A stretch of 64,000 nucleotides of DNA. Origin: Mobula hypostoma (taxonomy: Eukaryota). Positions 59,976 through 64,000 of this stretch are shown here, one piece after another (the first letter of the stretch is position 1; each line of letters opens with the position of its first letter). A program made the translations under genes and the position numbers. The stretch is taken from positions 40,178,001 to 40,242,000 of the forward strand of contig NC_086108.1 in NCBI RefSeq assembly GCF_963921235.1, written 5' to 3'. The notes beneath the pieces are model-generated. The model was not told where the DNA came from, made no database searches, and worked only from the letters and a program-made list of their open reading frames with translations.

Positions 59976-60620
59976 GAGTAGGGAAGTGGTATAGAGGAAC
60001 AAGATTAAGCATGAACTTACAGAATGGTAGGTCCTTCAGTGTCTACTTCTCATGTTTTTAAGTTCCTCTACACCCTTTCTAGTGCTGTCATATCCTTCCT
60101 GCATTGTGGGGAGAGGAACTGTGCACAGAACTCCACCAGTGGCTGAGGCAACGTTTGTGAAATTATGATTCAGAAAGCTCTCCAGCACTTTCTTGGGCAA
60201 CATTCCAGGCAATGGAGGCTGAGGGAGATTTGTCTGCCACTTTGGAGCTGCCTCCTCTTGGGAGATGCTAAATAGAGCTTCTGGGTCAGCTTGTTGCAAG
60301 GGGATGCTACAAGGCCAGTGCTTGCAATCACCGTAGTAACCTGGTGCTCTGACTCAAACATGAATCGAACAGCAATTCTCTCATTGGTGTTTTCTTTTCC
60401 CAGAGAGTAAATGAATTATCTATCTACACTGAGAGCCAATGTGCAGAAACAACTCATTGTGTGAAATTATTTATCTTTTGCATTGCTCTTTTGAATTGTG
60501 ATTACATGCCCAGTGAGCCCATACTGTTTTGTCTTTGTTCTTGATATGGTCCTGGCCAGATTTAATTTACTAATTTAGTTTTGGAACATCCTGGCAATAT
60601 ATATCAGTGCATACTGTATA

Positions 60621-61096
60621 GGGGGCCGTCATCGAGTGGTTGGTGACTTGACCGGCTTCCCCATCGGACTTAGTCTGGTGAGGAGGGTGTGAGGACACCC
60701 AGCAGGACTTAAAAAAAAAACAAGACCTGACAAAGGGCAGATGAGCTCCTTGTGAGCCAACAGCCATCTCCTGTGGAAGAGATTAAAGTCTCACCACATA
60801 TCTACGAATCGTATCACCTAGTGACATGATGAACTTGGGCGCTGCACCGTGTGCCTGGACCTGCCCAAGGCCTCCACCTAAGGAAGGGCCGAGCTTGAAG
60901 AAGCGGCCGCAACTGGAGGCCGACACGGCCCCGGGTTCGAGTTCGGCGGGGGCAGCGGCAGCAGGCGGTGCCAAGGTGGCCAGTGAGAACAAACTGGAGG
61001 AGAGGCTGTACTTGGTGCTGTCGCAAGATCGAAGAAGATGGAGGTGCATAGCCGCCAACCCCAGATTAAGGATGGCACCCACTGACTGACTGACTG
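60621..61096 (+). mobile_element. Bipartite non-autonomous RTE/RTE-X-type retroelement carrying a captured host gene fragment
   Basis: TSD ACTGTATA (60613-60620, 61097-61104), (ACTG)n tail, ORF end SQDRRRWR..AANP typical of RTE-clade C-termini. Confidence 0.75.
60841..61021 (+). pseudogene. ZFTRAF1: Captured, circularly permuted fragment of ZFTRAF1 (CYHR1) N-terminal coding sequence
   Basis: 60883-61021 encodes ..KKRP..(A/G-rich)..[10 protein letters not shown] and 60841-60875 encodes (C)[11 protein letters not shown]; as I recall it, the vertebrate protein reads KKR..[25 protein letters not shown]. Confidence 0.85.
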
Positions 61097-61359
61097 ACTG
61101 TATAAAGCTGATTTCACCTTTTTTTTGTTTAATTCTGTTCCTGCTGCATGCTAATTTTATCTAAAATAAGTGCTGTAGCTCAGTTGAAGAGACAACCAGT
61201 TACTATTATGCTGTTAGGCATCCTACCTTCAATCAGATATGGACTATTCCAGTATTAGGAGAGTTAGGAAGAAAAATTGAAATTGTTTTCATTGGAATGT
61301 CAACAAAGAGAAAGCCTTGGTCCATCTGAGAAATTGATAAAATAACCGTAAATGATTAA

Positions 61360-61694
61360 TATCCCAGTAGTGCTCACACCTGTGGTGATGAAATGCTTTG
61401 AGAAGTTGGTCATGGCTAGAATAAATTCCTGCTTCAGCAAGGAGCTGGACCCACTGCAGCTTGCCTATCTTCAAATTATGTCTATGGCAGATGCAATTTC
61501 AATGGTCCTTCACACGGCCTTAGATCATCTGGACAATACAAACTCCTGTGTCAGGATTCTGTTCATTGACTATAGCTCAGCATTTGACACCATAATTCCC
61601 ACTGTCCTGATCAATAAGCTATACCTATGCCTCTGCAATTGGATCCTCAGCTTCCAAACCAGAAAACCCCAATCTGTGTGGATTGGTGATAATA
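61360..61694 (+). mobile_element. Rex1/Babar RT fragment interrupted by Tc1
   Basis: [36 protein letters not shown]. Confidence 0.85.
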
Positions 61695-64000
61695 CAGTGC
61701 CTATAAAAAGTATTCACCCACCACCTGTTGGTTTTCATGTTTTATTGTTTTACAACATTGAATCACAGTGGATTTAATTTGGCTTTTTTGACACTGATCA
61801 AGAGAAAAAGATTACTTCATGTCAAAGTGAAATCAGATCTCTACAAAGTGATCTAAATAAATTACAAATATAAAACACAAAATAAATAATTACAAAAGGA
61901 TTCATCCCCTTCAAGTCAGTATTTAGTACATGCACCATTGGCAGCAATCACAGCCTTGAGTCTGTGTGGATAGGTCTCTGTCAGCTTTGTACATCTGGAC
62001 ATAAAACATAGAACATGAAAATCTACAGCTCGTTACAGGCCCTTCAGCCCACAATGTTACGCTGACCATGTAACCTACTCTAGAAACGGCTGAGAATTTT
62101 CCTATGGCATAGCTCTCTGTTTTTCTATGTTCCATGTACCTATATAAGAGACTCTTAAAAATCCTTATTGTATCCGCCTCTACCACCGTCACTGGCAGTG
62201 CATTCCATGCACTCACCACTATCTCTGTGAAAAACTTACCCCTGACATCCTCCTTGTACCTACTTCCAAACACCTTAAAACTATGCCGCCTGGTGCTGGC
62301 TATTTCAGCCCTGGGGAGAAAGCCTCTGGCTATCCATATGATCAATGCCTCTCATCAGCTTATACACCTCTATTAGGTCACTTCTCATCCTCTGTTGCTC
62401 CAAGGAGAAAAGGCCAAATTCACTCAACCTATTCTCATAAGCCATGCTCTCCAATCCAGGCTATATCCTTGTAAATCTCCTCTGCACAGTCTCTATAGTA
62501 TCCACATCCTTCCTACAGTGTGGTGACCAGAACTGAACACAATACTCCAAGTGGGGTCTAACTAAGGTCTTGTATAGCTGTGACATTACCTCACGGCTCT
62601 TGAACTCATCCCACGGTTGATGATGGTCAACACACCATACGCCTTCTTAATAACACTGTCAACCTGAGCAGCAGCTTTGAGTGTCCTATGGACATGGACT
62701 CCAAGATCTTGCTGATCCTCCACACTGCCAAGAGTATTACCATTAATATTATATTCTGTCTTCAAATTTGACCTACCAAAATGAACCACTTCACACTTAT
62801 TTGGGTTGAACTTCATCTGCCACTTCTCAACCCAGTTCTGCATCCTATTGATGTCCTGCTATAACCTCTGACAATCTTCCAGACTATCTAGAACACCCCC
62901 AACTTTTGTGTAATCAGAAAACTTATAACCTACCCTTCTACTTACTCATCCAGATCATTTATAAAAAATCACAAAGAGGAGGGGTCCCGGAACAGATCCT
63001 TGTGGAACACCACTAGAGTACAAGCCATCTAAAACCACCCTTTGCCTTCTGTGGGCAAGCCAGTTCTGGATCCACAAAGCAAGGTCTCCTTGGATCCCAT
63101 GCCTCCCTACTTTCTGAATGAGCCTTGCATGGGAAACCTTATCAAATGCCTTACTGAAATCCATATACACTACATCCACTGCTCTAACTTTATCAATGTG
63201 TTTTGCTACATCCGCAAATAAATTAGGCTTGTAAAGGACAACCTGCCCTCGACAAGCCATACTGACTATCCCTAATCAGATTATGTCTCTACAAATGCTC
63301 ATAAATCCTACCTCTCAGGATCTTCTCCAACAATCTGCTGACCACTGAAGTAAGACTCACCGGTCTGTAATTTCCTGGGTTAACTTTACTCCCTTTCTTG
63401 AAGAAGAGAATAGCATTTGCAACCCTTTCACCATCTGGTACTTCTCCCATCTCTATTGATGATGGGAATATCATCACTAGAGGCTCAGTAATCTCCTCCC
63501 TTGCTTCCTACTGTAGCCTGGGATATATCTTGTCCAGTCCCGGTGACTTATCTAACTTAGTACACTGCAATTTTTTTACCAGTTTTCTTTACAAAACTGC
63601 TCAAGCACCGCAAGGTAGCATGGGGATCATGAGTGAACAGCCCTTTTCAAGTCCGGCCACAAATTCTCAGTTGGATTGAAGACCGGACACTGACTTGGCC
63701 GCTCCAGGAAATTAACCTTGTTGTTTTTAAGACACCTCTGTGTAGCCTTGGCTTTATGCTTGGTGTTATTGTCTTGCTGGGAAACAAATTTTCTCCTTAG
63801 TTGCAGTTCTGTTGCAGACTGCATCAAGTTTACCTCCAGGATCCCCCTGTATTTTGCTGCATTCATTTAACCTTCTACCTTCACGAGCCTTCCAGGCTCT
63901 GCTGCAGTGAAGCATTCCCTCAACATGATGCAGTCACCACTATGTTTCACGGTAGGGATAGTGTGTTTCTGATGATGTGTAGTGTTTGGCTTACACCAAA
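61695..64000 (-). mobile_element. Tc1/mariner transposon (TIR at 61695, after TA) with nested CR1; runs off window end
   Basis: ta|cagtgcctataaaaagtattcacc terminus; VSQQDNNTKH, ERPSQCPVFNPTENLW motifs at 63627-63866. Confidence 0.85.
62002..63560 (-). mobile_element. CR1 3' half nested in Tc1
   Basis: PGNYRPVSLTS, YMDFSKAFDKV, WQMKFNPNKCEVVHFG, TRRHSFKV; ttctatg tail at about 62002-62020. Confidence 0.9.

Noticed and set aside
60621..60780. HDV-like or hammerhead ribozyme in the leader
   Set aside because: I could not build a consistent pseudoknot or find a GAAA box by eye; left as a computational check.
60826..61089. Genuine ZFTRAF1 locus exon
   Set aside because: Segments are permuted, lack splice sites and are enclosed by retroelement ends and a TSD.

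Overview
Eukaryotic, repeat-saturated non-coding DNA (intronic or intergenic). It is not prokaryotic; the mix of CR1, Rex1/Babar, Penelope, HE1-like SINE and Tc1 families suggests a cartilaginous fish, probably a ray (inference). No intact host gene is recognisable. Main contents: (i) a 5'-truncated CR1 LINE with an open 848-aa ORF2 (1106-3780); (ii) two complete, TSD-flanked Gypsy LTR retrotransposons (8693-13163 +; 45176-50589 -); (iii) a Penelope element (35837-37770); (iv) many Rex/Babar, CR1, SINE, Tc1, pogo and hAT fragments, often nested. Most interesting: (1) the first Gypsy element has no tRNA primer-binding site, and its PBS position is the reverse complement of a 14-nt motif in its own LTR, suggesting self-priming; its RT has a YLDN motif. 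(2) A 476-bp TSD-flanked RTE-type non-autonomous element (60621-61096) carries a circularly permuted fragment of the host gene ZFTRAF1/CYHR1 inside an open chimeric ORF. (3) There is a decayed HDV-like ribozyme in an RTE-derived element, and hammerhead-like motifs, including a 5x43-bp tandem array. (4) The same CR1-in-Tc1 composite occurs twice. Family names come from motif recognition by eye, not database searches, and boundaries of decayed repeats are approximate.
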